Shown: positions 27,029 through 40,700 of the stretch, one piece after another
Layout: each line of letters begins with the position of its first letter
Position numbering within the stretch: position 1 is the first letter of the stretch
From: Vicugna vicugna
Lineage: Eukaryota
Direction of reading: 5' to 3'
Assembly: GCA_013265495.1 (NCBI GenBank)
Contig: MU058213.1
Location: 4,092,001 to 4,156,000, forward strand
Length of the DNA stretch: 64,000 bases
The notes under the pieces: generated by a model
What the model was told of the DNA's origin: nothing
Seen by the model: only the letters and a program-made list of their open reading frames with translations
The model's database searches: none
Made by a program: the position numbers and the translations under genes

Positions 27029-28529
27029 CTATAAAATAAAGATACCTGGTATTATAGTGGATTTCATTAAATTAAATGTACACATACTTAATTTTTTTCC
27101 TACAAAAAAGCTCAATTTTTAAGTTTGGTATGTTTGGCAGATAACATATGACTTACTCTACAAAATTGGTTCATTCCTGGATAAACTCTAATTTACTAAG
27201 TAAAATGGTGATTTGATTAAGTTCTTACTACCTGAAGAAGTCTGAATTACAAAGTTACAAATCAATTTTTAAAAGCATCCTTTTGTAAAAATCAATAATC
27301 ACCTCACAACGTACTATTTTAGTAAATATGAATTTTCTAATGCTAAGTGACATTAATCTATAACTATTCTTCACATTTCAGACATAATTATTTCTATAAG
27401 AAAATATAATTCTAAATAAATTTTAGTTTATATTTTTCTAGGTTTTTTTTATTCAATGAACGTTAAAAAAATAATTGAACTTAAAAGAAACAAGAGAAAA
27501 AACTTAAAAACGTAGAACTTAAAAAGAAAAAAACAGTATTTCATCATAGATTAATTCATTCAAAAATAACTACTCAAATTAATCATACTCATTGCTTTCC
27601 ATATGTAAGGTAGCGTGCTAAGTTCTAGGGAAAAAATTAAGTCATAATACTTGTCTTCAAAAATTTACAATCCAGTATGACTATAATCCAAAACAAATGC
27701 TGCTAGAATTAACATCATAAAAAACTTGAATTTCCGTATTTAAAACAACAAAGTTTCTGGATTTATACACACAAACAATAGTGTAATTTTTTAATATACA
27801 AATTTTTAAAGAACTGTTTGTTATAAAGCAAAAAATAAAAATAAAAAAATTAGATGACAGAAACCTAAAATATTGAGATACACAGCTAATTCAACCTTCA
27901 CATTCCTGTTTATTATCAGGCTGAAAAAGCAAGTTTTCCGGCTTTTTAATTTTCAAATTATTTGGACTGAATTAGTCCACAGGAAAAAATTATTATCTTA
28001 ATTTCAAAAGTTATTGCTATAAATGTTTAAAGTACTATTAAAAGAGACTCTACTGAATACTGTATATAACTAAATTCAGCAACTTCTGAGGTCTGATTAT
28101 TTAAACCTCTTTAACTCAATTATTTGAATAGTTGTAGCCTATCCTTAAACTAACATCAGTGGTATGTTCTGTCAAGTGATAAATACATGACAATTCTTGC
28201 TCAGCATTAAGGACCTACTAGTACCATGATACAGAATACTGTTTAAGAATCTCAATTACACAGCCTATGAGACTCATATATAATATTTTTGTTAAGTGAC
28301 CATGTAGATATCATTTATCAAAACTCTAAAATTAGTATTCAGTTTACACATATTCAATTAATAAATGACCTGTCTGCATGAACAGCATATCCACCGCCTA
28401 TGACTACAGAGATGACTTTAAGATAACCTACTTCAAAAAGCTGAGGACCATAGTAGTTACTTAGGAACCTCAATTGATACACCAGCAAACAAATGGAAAA
28501 GCTGGCAATTAGAACTATAATTACAGCCA

Positions 28530-28720
28530 AAAGCTGCACTGTGTAACACAGTAGCCACCAACTACATGTGACTATTTAAGTTTAATTAAAATCAAATAAA
28601 ATTTTAAATTCAGTTCCTCAGTTTCACTAACCACATTGTAAATGTTCAGAGCCACAAGTGGCTGGTGCCTACTGCATTGGACAGTGCAGCTAAAGAACAT
28701 TTCTGTTGGACAATGCTGGT
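28530..28720. mobile_element. MER3-like hAT-Charlie MITE
   Basis: gtagccacca...acatgtgactattt...aaattcagttcctcagt...ttggacagtgcag pattern. Confidence 0.75.
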
Positions 28721-31334
28721 CTAAGAAGTCATTGCCAAATTTCATTTTGGTTAATAAACAAACACACTTTCATGGATTTCTTTGGCATCTCAACCACTGG
28801 AGCATGCCAAAACTGTCATGATAAAAAGCTCTCAAGTCACCACTTCAGAATTTTGGTGGTAAGGCATGGAATTCTGGAGGATAAAATCAGCTGCTATTGA
28901 AGTGAAATATCCAGCAAAGATATGCAGTGCGGATCTCAAAACTCCAAAAGGTTTCCTGCTTCTGCAGCTCAGAGTTCGCTCCAAAATAGCCAGAAAAGAA
29001 TACTCTACACTTCAGCTACTGACTTAGGTAGAAATTTCATGCCCATGTTTAATATACTTGTTTCTATGGAGAAAATAATGAATTCCAAGTAACTGAGTTA
29101 CAAAGACTTTTTAGATTATAATTCATTCACTTTTGGAGACTGCTCACGTAAATAATTATAATTACTACTTTACAATTGTTGTTTCAGCTTTTATATATCT
29201 AAAATTAAACTATATCTTAAGGATTTTGTTCTACAAAATTTTTTAAGCCAATGAAAATGTGGGTCTAAAATGTTATTTGAAAATTTTACTTTTATCTATT
29301 GATAGATATCACCTAATGCAATGTCACTGTGATAAATAATAAAGGTAACACATTTACTCCTACTTACTCTCTACTAAGGGAAAAATTAAGCAATTCCACA
29401 AACCACAACTGTAGGGTCTACACATAAGAAGAGGCTAGAAGCCAGAAGAACCAAATCATAGCCCTAGCACTGCTACAACTTTCAGTCAAGTCATCTTACA
29501 ATTCTGGGTCTCAGCTCTTAGTTCAATTGAATGATTTCTAAGGTTTAATTCAGCTCTTCATTTATATGGTAAGTAGAATGCAAAGGCAAATGGGAGGAAT
29601 ATGGTAAATGAATGGTTAAGTTCTCCACCTAACCAGACTCCAAAAGTGAGAGTTATTCAAAGAAAATAATCCAAGAAATCACATAATAAAGTTAATCTTT
29701 GTTTTTTTCTCATCATAAAAATAATGTTTTAATTGGGAGTTGTGTTACTAACCAAGAAGTTGGCAACACCAAAACTGGCTATGATTAACTTAACATAAAA
29801 GGGAAACTGCAAAGGAAAAATATAATCATTTCAAATAGTGAAAATGTATATTCAAAATAAGTACAGCATACAAAATTAAAGTTCAACTAACATAAATTTA
29901 GTCTAAGTTTAACATGCTAGCTGTAAGAAACATATTTTTAACTATTTTGCTTAAGTACTTAGAAGTGTTTTTCAGTGGAATGATTCGATGACACAGGGTC
30001 ATTGGAACATTGTTCAAAAAAGTTTGATCTGTCACTTTCCTCTTCTCACAAATTTCCCAAGAAATAGATATTCAAATCATTCCACTCACTTTAAAGCTTT
30101 GGTTTATATTCTATTTCATTTTATAAATAAATCTTTAGTCTCTGTCAGTAAATAGCATACTGAAATAGAGGTCTACAATTTTAGAATTCTAATCCCAAGT
30201 GAATGGAGCTTTAAGGATTCAAAGTGGATGCTTAACTATGAGTAATAATCTAATATTTCCAATTCTGGTTTTATGATCTTGTAAGAATTTCCAACTATCA
30301 CAAACAGATACTAAAAAAAAAATACTATTAATTTAATGCTCATTATCTTAAAAACATACACATTCTTTTGAGGAAGAAGAGTCATGTTTAAAACTCCAGT
30401 TTTTTATCACCTTAGTAGCCATCACCTATTGATTCCATCATGGAAATTAACTGTAACAGGATTATAAAAGCAGAGAACTATTGTGTCTGCTTTGGCATTT
30501 TAAGACAAATCATACAAGCAGAAACCTTAATCATAAGCAATAAACCCATATATGACTGAAAGAGAGACACAAAAATTTGATTTCATAAAACTCAGGTATT
30601 TAAATATGAAATTTTAGATAGTAAGTAGACGAAATTTCGACTCAGTATTTCCTCCTTTTGTGTCTTTTGTTTTATTGTTAGAAAACTAAGTATCTATCTT
30701 CTTTAGAATCAATCCATTTGTTACTGTGAAAAACCACAGACTTATTCTTGAAAAGGGCATATTTCAACCACACAAAACGTACAATTGAAAACATCTGATC
30801 ACTAACTGCTAAAGTAATGCAGACAAAATACTGGAAGATTACAGAAACTCTAGAAGATATTTCATTAACTCTCATTCAATTTCTAAGAGTCTAATTTTTT
30901 TGCAGTAGAATACTGCCTTCTGAAAATGGTCACCCAGTCCAAGAAAAGGAGAAAAGGACTTAAAAAAAGAAAAATATAAACATAGTTTTATTTTTTTTAA
31001 TAAACCAAAAATTTCAAATGTCACTTTGAAAAAAGATTATACATTCAGGAATCTTAACAGTGAACAGGCCAACAGAGAAGAGCAAGGGTTAGAATTCAGC
31101 CTTGAATGAAGCAGTCTACAAATGCAATCAGAACAAGGACAGGGAAAATTCAGGTTCTGAAGAAGGCTACCCTAGCAATTTCTAAGAATACAGCTCAAAG
31201 AGCAATTAGGCCAGCTTCTCCTGTCCACCTTCAAAATTATAGAAAAAAACTTCATTCTCTGAATGTGGGTAATCAAAGAATTACCTCTTCAATTCTCTGA
31301 AATTAGGAGAAATCCAGATGGATTCCTTAAATCT

Positions 31335-31897
31335 TACAGGGGACCAAAATATGTCATTTTGGCATACTTTGAGTTGAAGGCAATTAAGCAGAAAACCCAA
31401 AAAGATCTCTTTCCTCTCCCCAAATCTGTCTAAAATCAGGGCACACATTTCCCCATTGTGAAGGGCTTCCCCTTCCCCTCTCCTTTCGCTTCCAGGAGAA
31501 GGAAAAACCACCATTATCACTGGAGACAGAAAGTTGGTATCAAGATCAAGATGGATCTGCACAAACCTTACTAAAAGAGCCATTATCTTCCATTAGTTTT
31601 CCCCATATATTTACCTTCCCTCAATTTATCACTTCTAGAAGCCCAAGCCCCTTTTCTTTTGACCTGTCACTTCTCCACAAATTTAACACACTTTTAAAAA
31701 ATGGTATATAAATTCCCATGACTAACCACCTCTTTGATTCATTTTTTTAAATGAAGACCTCCATTAACGTAAAAATTAAAATAATGACATCAAATAAAAA
31801 TCTGTACACCTTTTCTCCTGTTAATCAGTTTAATTTGCATGGCTCAGGTACTTTACCTAAGAGGATAAAGGAACAGAGATTTTTTACCTCCATTACA
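31335..31897 (+). mobile_element. ERV1-type (MER41-like) solo LTR
   Basis: TATA-like gtatataaa, aataaa, ends ttttctcctgttaatc...agtttaatttgca...cctaagagg...ca; shares terminal motifs with the LTRs at 43480 and 52345. Confidence 0.7.
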
Positions 31898-32549
31898 AAA
31901 GCCAAAACAATTCTCTAAGTTAGTGAGCTCAATCAGATATTCTAAAGACAATAAAAAATACTTTGTAATACAAACAGTCAAGACTCTAAAATGATACACT
32001 TAATCATTTTCTATCTAATGCAAAGGCATAATCCTCATTGCTGCACAGGATATGAAAAAAGCCTCTACCTCGAGAAACTATCTGGTGAGGGGATTATGAT
32101 AAATAAATAAACATCACACAAAACGGGGCATGGTAGCTATAATAATAAAAACTGAAAGTGCTATGGTATAAGTTCTTGATAAGGTGCTGGGGGAACCACA
32201 GAAATAAGAATTTTGCAAAATTTTGTGCACACTTGTACATTTTCTGGGTGCATCAAATTGTTTTAAGGGTCTATGAACAAAAAAGGCTGAGAATCTTTAA
32301 GTTAGTTTGAAAAAAAACAATCACATCTAGCTGGAGGATTTGAAAATGCCCCATCACGGAAGAAACATATCCATTAATCATTAAAGGAAAGATGATTACA
32401 TTAGTGTTTTTTAAAAGTACAAATGCTCATTAAAAATGAACCAAAGATACAAAAAGTATATAGAGTAAAAAGTATGAGTCTTTATTCCCTTTCCTACCCT
32501 ACCCTCAATCACACTCATTAGAGTTTGGCATGTGATGCAATGGACAATA

Positions 32550-32623
32550 ATAGTGATTGAAGATACAGATAGGGTTATGGTTCAGGATAGTGATTGAAGA
32601 TACAATTAGGGTTATGGTTCAGG
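32550..32623. repeat. 37-bp tandem duplication (2 copies, 2 mismatches)
   Basis: atagtgattgaagataca(ga/at)tagggttatggttcagg twice. Confidence 0.95.
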
Positions 32624-32929
32624 GATAAGAAGGGCATTCCAATGCCCTAGTATGTCTTAAATGTCCTACGGCAATATCCGTAGCAATAATTCAGATAAAG
32701 ACCATATTGTGTATAGATTAAATCTATAGATGAGTAAATAGTATAACATGTTAACTAATAAATGAGGCTCTTAAAAGATCTCAACAAACTAAAATGAATG
32801 GTAAAATCTAGCAAAAAATTAGTTTTGTATTTGCTTAAAAAGAAGATTTTACAAAAAATATAAATTGAAGATGTACTACTGATCAGTTTGACTTACCAGA
32901 GAGCCAATAAATCAGAGGATCAAGCATTT

Positions 32930-33490
32930 AAAAAGTATGTTTATTAAACATGTACTATGTACCAGACACTATGACAGACAGGAATACAATGATGGTCAAA
33001 AAAGGTCTTGCACTCATAAAGCTTACAGTCTAGAGACAGGGACAAACAGTCACACAAACAGATTAAAGTGTCCATGTTAAGTGCTATGAAGGTTATGGAC
33101 ACAGAATTTTTACATTCACACAGTAAAAATATTAGGTCTAGTTAGCATAATCCAAAGTAGCTTCCCTAAAAAAGCAATGATTATTTAAAGGATGAGGTGG
33201 AGTTAACTAAGCAAACAAGAGAGGAAAGAAAAGTATTCCATGCAGAAGGAATAGCATGTGCAAAACATCTACAGCACAGCAAACATGAGAAATTGAAAAG
33301 AAACTAGTGTGACTAGAAAAGAGAAGCAAGAAGGTGTATGATGGGAGGTAAGATAATAGTCAAAAAACTCCCTGGGTTTGCAGCACCTTGGAGACCATGT
33401 TAAGGAATTTTGCCCTTATCCGTAAGAGCAATGGAAAGCCAAAGAGGGGACTTTAAGCAGAAATTGTTATGATCAGATTTGTGATAGTGT
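32930..33490 (-). mobile_element. L2 LINE 3' fragment
   Basis: tttattaaacatgtactatgtaccagacact...gcttacagtctag...ccatgttaaggaattt...ttatccgtaagagcaatggaaagcca is the antisense L2 pattern. Confidence 0.75.
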
Positions 33491-33506
33491 CAAAATTACA
33501 GAATTT

Positions 33507-36500
33507 AGAAGAGCTTACCTCCTCTGACAAATAAATCAAAAATACATCTACATGTGGAACAATTCTCAAAGGATACCTACTGAACTCTGGCAGAAGATCT
33601 CATACAATCAAAACTACAAGAAAGATCACCAGGTAAGACAAAAAAAAAAAAAAAGAGAGAGAATTAGATGGGACCTGCACTCCTGGGAGGGAACTGTGAA
33701 GGAGGAAAGGTTCCCTCACTCTGGGCAGCCCCTTTAGCACTGGGGAGATGAACTGAGACAGATAGGGAGCTTCAGAAGCTTGGAGGAGAACAAAGCAGCC
33801 GGTGTGCAGCAGGCAGAACACAAAGAGACCAGCACAGAAGGTCCATGCCAACTCACTGCACTCCCCAGATCAAGATGTGTGTCTGTTGGTGTCTGTGGGG
33901 GACGGGGTACTAAAACTCGAGCTTCAGAGGACAGAATCGGGTAGAAGACTGGGGTTGGCTGTGCAGAGACAGCCTAAAGGGGCTGCACTGCAAGTGGTAC
34001 AGACTGCAACTGAGAGTGTGTGCAATGGAGCCCAGGCCCGAAATAAAACACCCCATTTTTAATACAAGTGAAGGGAAGGGCAGGAACCCACCATAGCAGC
34101 CTCCTTCTCAGCATGCTCACAGCCAGTGCAGCTCTGCTCCTACAAGCTCGAGGAGTTCGCAAGCACTGGCCAGTTGCCTCCAAGCAAAGACAGGACTGAA
34201 ATTTCAGCCCATTCCCAGGGACCACGTGACTTTGGAAGCAGGGCTGAAATCTGAGCCATGTCCCAGGCAGCTTTGGCAGATTAAAGCCACCAGTACCTTT
34301 GTAAGCTCAGCACCTATGGGACATCCGAGCAGATTACTGATTGCAGCTGGGGCAGGTCCTGTATCGGCTGCTGCAGGCTTTGGGGGCATGCACATGCAGA
34401 GGTGGGGCTGGTATGTGGGCTGAGTCCATAGCTCCTACAAACTGATCCAGGTGCATCATTACATGTGACTATAGTGTGTCCTGGTGTGCGTGACTTCAGC
34501 AGGCCAATAAATTTGATAAATACAGATGTAAAAATTCTCAAAAAATATTAGCAAACCAAATCCAAAAATACATAAATAAGATCATACATACACTACAATC
34601 AAATTGGATTCATCCTAGGATCACAAAAAATGGTTCAACATATGCAAATCAATCAAGGTGATACACATCAACAAAAGAAAGGGCAAAAATCACATCATCA
34701 TTTCAACAGATGCAGAAAAAGCATTTGAAAAAATTCAACATCCATTCATGATAAAAACTCTTACCAAAGTGGGTATAGAGGGAACATATCTTGACATAGT
34801 AAGAGCTATTTATGACAAACCCACAGCCACATTAATACTCAATGGTAGAAAGGTGAAAGAATTCCCATTAAAATCTGGAATACAACAAGAATGCCCACTC
34901 TCACCACTTTTATTCAACATAGTATTGGAAGTCCTAACCATAGCAATCAGACAAGAAAAAGAAATAAAAGGGATCCAAATTGGATAGAAAGAGGTAAAAT
35001 TGTCCCTATATGCAGATGACATAATACTATATACAGAAAACTCTACTAAAGGCTCCACACAGTAACTACTAGAATTGACAAATTCAGTAAGGTAGCAGGA
35101 TACAAGATTAATATACAGAAATCTGTTGCATTTCTTTACACTAAAAATAAAATATCAGAAAAACAAAGTTAAAAAAATTTCCTTTAAAATTGCATCAAAA
35201 GATAAAAGAAAATACTTAGGAATAAACTAATGATCAAGGAGGTGAAAGACTTATATGCTGAGAACTATAAAACACTGATAAAGGAAATTAAAGATGATCT
35301 AAAGAAATGGAAAGATATCCCATGTTTTTGGATTGGAAGAATTAATATTGTTAAAAGGCCATATCACCCAAAGCAATCCACAGATTTAATGTGATCACTA
35401 TCAAATTATCCAGGACATTTTTCACAGAATTAGAATAAATAATCCTAAAATTTATACAGAATCACAAAAGACCTAGAACTGCCAAAGCACTACTGAAGAA
35501 AAAGAACAAAGCTGGAGACATAACCTTCCCAAACTTCAGACAATACTACAAAGCTACAGTAATCAAAACAGTGTATGGTACTGACACAAAAACAGATATA
35601 TGAATCAATGGAACAGAGTAGAGAGCCCACAAATAAACCCACACACCTATAGTTAATTAATCTTCAGCAAAGGAGACGAGAATATACAATGGAGAAAAGA
35701 CAGTCTCTTCCTCAAGTGGTGTTGGGAAAGCTGGACAGCCACATGTAAATCAATTAAGTTGGAATACATCCTCACACCACACACAAAAATAAACTCAAAA
35801 TGGCTTAAAGACTGAAACATAAGACAAGACACCATAAATCTCCTAGAAGAGAACACAGGCAAAACATTCTCTGAGATAAATCACAGCACTGTTTTCTTAG
35901 GTCAGTCTCCCAAGGCAACAGAAATAAAAGCAAAAATAAACAAATGGGACCTAATCAAACTTACAAGCTTTTGCACAGCAAAGGAAACCATAAACAAAAC
36001 AAAAAGACAACCTATGGACTGGGAGAAAATACTTCCAAATCATGCAACTGACAAGGGCTTAATTTCCAGAATATACAAACAGATCATACAATTCAGTAAC
36101 AGAAAAACAACCCAATCAAAAAATGGTCAGAAGACCTAAACAGACATTTCTCTAATGAAGACATACAGATGGTCAAAGGCACATGAAAAAATGCTCCATA
36201 TCGCTAATTATCAGAGAAATGCAAATCAAAACTACAAAGAGGTATCACTTCACATCGTTTAGAATGACCATCATTAAAAAGTTCACAAACCATAAATGCT
36301 GGAGAGGTGTGGAGAAAAGGGAACCCTCCTACACTGTTAGTGGGAATGTAGTTTGACATAGCCACCATGGAAAACAGTACGGACATTCCTTAAAAAACTA
36401 AAAATAGAGTTATCATATGATCCAGCAATCCCACTCCTGGGCATATATCTGGAGAATTCTCTAATTTAAAATAATATACATGCACCCCAATGTTCATAAC

Positions 36501-37052
36501 ACTATTTACAATAGCAAAGAGACAGAAGCAACCTAAATGATCATTAACAGACAACTGGATAAAGAAGTTGTGAGTCCTACATATATAGGACCACTAGTCA
36601 GCCACAAAAAAAGAATGAAATAATGACATCTGCAGCAACATGGATGGACCTAGGGATGATCACACTAGATGAAGTAAGTCAGAGAAAGACAAATATCATA
36701 TGACATCACTTCTATGTGGAATCTAAAAAATGATACAAATAAACTTATTTACAAAGCAGAAACAGACTCACAGAGATAGAAAACAAACTTAAGATTACCA
36801 AAGGGGAAAGACTGGGGAGGGATAAATTAGGAGTTTGGGATTAGCAGATACAAACTACTATATATAAAATAGATAAACAACATCATACTGTATAGCACAG
36901 GGAACTGTATTCACTATCTTACAATAACCTATAATGAAAAATAACATATAAATATAACTGATAAAAATATAAATATATAACTGAATCACTATGCTATGCA
37001 CCAAAAACTAGCACATTATAAAACAACTACATTTCAATAAAAAATTTTTTTT
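33507..37052 (+). mobile_element. Internally deleted L1 (about 1 kb of 5'UTR joined to ORF2 RT/C-terminus and 3'UTR), flanked by a TSD
   Basis: RT peptide [18 protein letters not shown]...[20 protein letters not shown] (ORF 34658..34987), tatgcagatgac (YADD), L1 3'UTR with aataaa; TSD aattacagaattt (33494-33506) / aattatagaattt (37053-37065). Confidence 0.9.
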
Positions 37053-37153
37053 AATTATAGAATTTGAGTTTAAAATCAAAGAGATGGTGGTTTTATTCTA
37101 TTCTGTCCTAACCAATCCCCACTTGGAATACTATGTATTGGCTATGATTCTTT

Positions 37154-37773
37154 TTTTTTTTAACTTTTTATTATTGAGTTATAGTCATTTTACAATGTTG
37201 TATCAAATTCCAGTATAGAGCACAATTTTTCAGTTATACATGAACATATATATTCACTGTCACTTTTTTTTCTTTTCAACTGTGAGCTACCACAAGATCT
37301 TGTATATATTTCCCTATGCTATACAGTATAATCTTCTTTATCTATTCTACACATGCCTGTCAGTATCTACAAATTTTGAAATCCCAGTCTGTCCCATCCC
37401 ACCCCTCCCTCTTGGCAACCACAAGTTTGTATCTTATGCTTATGAGTCTGTTTCTGTTTTGTATTTATGTTCCTTTTTTTTTAGATTCCACACGTAAGCG
37501 ATCTCATATGCTATTTTCTTTCTTTCTGGCTTACTCCACTTAGAATGACATTCTCCAGAGATATCCATGTTGCTGCAAATGGCATTATGCTGTCATTTTT
37601 TATGGCTGAACAGTATTCCATTATATAAATATACCATATCTTCTTTATCCAGTCATCTGTTGATGTTAGGCTGTTTCCATGTCTTGGCTATTGTAAATAG
37701 TGCTGCTATGAACATTGGGGTGCAGGTGTCCTTTTGAAGTAGGGTTCCTTCTGGATATATGCCCAGGAACGGG
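37154..37773 (-). mobile_element. Young 5'-truncated lineage-specific L1 (camelid L1-Vpa-like)
   Basis: Poly(T) at left, L1 ORF2 end and 3'UTR; TSD tatgattcttt at 37143-37153 and 37774-37784; similar to the copy at 46204. Confidence 0.9.
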
Positions 37774-40254
37774 TATGATTCTTTAAACTTTCAAAAAAGA
37801 GAAAGAAAACCCAACTCAAACTGGCTTCTACAAAAGAGAATATATTGGCTCATTTACAGAACTATCTGCAGGCACAATTTAAACAACACTAAGTAAATCT
37901 GAATTTTCTCTCTCCATTCCTGGGCTTCACTTCCTCTATTCTGATTCTTTCCTCAGAAAGGGTTCCCACATTGTGAATGACCATAGCAGTTCCAACTTAA
38001 CACCATCAAAGATTCTAGACCAGGACAAGGATAAGAGGACCAGTTCTGATTGGAGTTGATTAACTTGTCTAAAGTAATATGCCCCTCCTTAAACCAATCA
38101 TTATTGCTCCTCCTGGTACCAGAGGTAGAGATCCAACTAAAAAAAAATAAATTACTTAAATTAAATTAAAAATAAATAAATAAAATAATAATAATAAATG
38201 AAAAAACATTTAAAGCCACAAGAAAACTACTGAAGGATGGGATGGTTCCCCAAAGGACAGTCAAGACATCTACCAAGATAAGGGTGAATGGATGTTGGGT
38301 AGCAAATACAGCAGATGTCCAATACAAGGAACTAAAATTAAAGCTTTGTCTAGGTCAAAGGACTAAGATATTTAACCTGGGAGACATGAGTCTGTGGCAT
38401 AGTGGTGGTAAAAGTGAAAGCTGTTTACAGATATTTTAAAGTCTGTCACAAAAAAAAAAAAGGCAAGAGGGTGACTTGTTCTTTGTGGCTCAAGTGGTAA
38501 CAATAACAATACTGATAACATTAACTTGTTTGAATAAACTAGAGAATTTCATTCCTACTTTGAGCTTCAACACAACTACTTAATTCATTACATACTACCA
38601 TAAGTTATAATAATTGTAAATTACAAGTTGTTTATAATAACTGATCACTACCACTAGCTAACTAATTAAATGCATACATTATTTCATCCAATTCTCAAAA
38701 AACTCTTAAGAGGCAAACACTATTATTATCCCTGCTCTATATCTGTGGAAATTGAATTCTAGAGGTTAAGTACCTTGCCCAAAGTAAGGTCAAAGATTGC
38801 AGCCACACACTATTTGCTTCTTCTGGGAACAAGGCCAAAATTATAGGTAGGCAGATTTCACCTCAATATAAGAACAAAATAATAAGCATTTAAAATATTA
38901 GGAAATGAGATGGACTTGAGATGTGATAGATCACCAAAGAAAAATATGAAAAGTTCAAGTACTACACAATTGAAAATGGTTACTTTCAAGATCCCCAAGG
39001 ATGCTTAAAACCCTAATATCATAAAATATTCATCTAGTATATATAAATTTTTGCCTAGACTAAAAGAAAAGAGGGATTTGTTATTGTTTTGTGGGAAAAA
39101 AATTGTCCTAATTGAGAATGTTGCATTATGAAAGTTCATTTTGGAACTAGATATAAACTATTTTGGTAATCTACCTACTATACCCAGTTTCTAGAAACTT
39201 TCAAGTACAATGTAATGAATGAAGTATCCAGGTTGAAGCTCAACACTAAGGATGAAATTCTTGAGTTTATTCAAAGGAAGTAAATTCCTTAAGAAAAAGT
39301 AATAGTTGATCATTTAAAATAAACAATAAAAATTGCATTTTAATAAGAAGGCTTATTTGATGGTTTAACTCAGAACTCCCAAAGATATCAAGATGTACTT
39401 CACAGATACTGATTCAAAGCAAATGTCTCAAATATCAAATCATCATGATAAACCAACTTCTTAAAATTTTATTATCTGTTAACACAAAAAAATTGAATGG
39501 AATATTAATGAATAGAAAGCCTGTGCTTCAGCAGACTGCTTAAATCTACAAGTCAATCCAAATCAGCACAGTCATTAAAAGCTTCTAAAAGTTGAACCCT
39601 TCTTCACAACAAGGTATGGGGAATCTCTCTTTGGACATCTCCATTTTGTCCAAAAAAAAACCTCCTGCTGATCCTAATCCAGGATGCAGACCATTTACTG
39701 TAGTTACTGTCACCCACTCTGGCAGTCAAAACTGAGCTGAGCACAACAGGACAGCTGCATTTTATACTGCACAGTATTCTGCTAAAGGTATCCACTTTAA
39801 GATCCCAATAACTCACCCAAAAACCAAATCGAACAACCCTTTCTTCCTTTTTCATTTCCCTTATTTTGCATCTATTGTAACCCAGTTTCTAGAGACATCC
39901 TTTTCAGTAATATTCTGTATGCCAACAGGATGGTTCTCTATTCATCTTCTACTTTTTAACTCTTTACAGATTCTCCATATTCTCTACCTCCTCAAACAAT
40001 GTAAACTCAGGTTCCAGAAAGTTTTGATCTCAGCCCTACACAAACTGTTCCCTAAAAACAGATCTAATAAATTCCATAGTCTAAGCTATCAGTTCTCAAC
40101 AGCAGCCTATAAAATCATCAAATATTAACCTCCAGCCCTGACTTCTCAACTGTTTCAGTCCATCATCTTTTAACTGCTGAAAACTGCTACCTGGATACTT
40201 AAACTCACCTCAAATCCAGAATTTCCAAAAGTGAACATAACTTTTCCTTGAAAA

Positions 40255-40700
40255 TTAGTTCTATAGCATTACTCATAGTAGTCAAAAAGTGGAAATGCTA
40301 AATGTTTATCACCCGTTGAATAGATAAACAAAATGTGGTATATCCATACACTGGAATTTTTAAAAAGTGAAGTACTGACACATGTGACAACATGGATGAA
40401 CCTTGAAAACACTGCTAAGTGAAAGCAGTCAGTCACATATTGTGTGATTCCATTTATTTAAAATGTCCAGAATAGGCAAATCCATAGAGGCAGAAAGCAG
40501 ATCAGTGGTTACCAGGGGCTGGAGAAAGAGGGAAAGACTGCTTAATGGGTAACAGGTTTCCTTTTGAGAAGCTGAAAATGTTCTGGGATTAGATAGCATT
40601 GATGATTGCACAGCACTGTGAATATACTAAACGCCACTGAACTGTACACTTCAAAATGGTTAGAACGATGAATTTTATGTTAGGTCAATTTTACCCAATT
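40255..40700 (+). mobile_element. L1MB/MC-like 3' end
   Basis: atgtggtatatccatac...catggatgaaccttgaaaac...ggcaaatccatagaggcagaaag...ccactgaactgtacactt. Confidence 0.8.

Noticed and set aside
37066..39000. CR1/L3 fragments between the L1 copies and near 32750-32930
   Set aside because: Only faint resemblance by eye; boundaries could not be supported.
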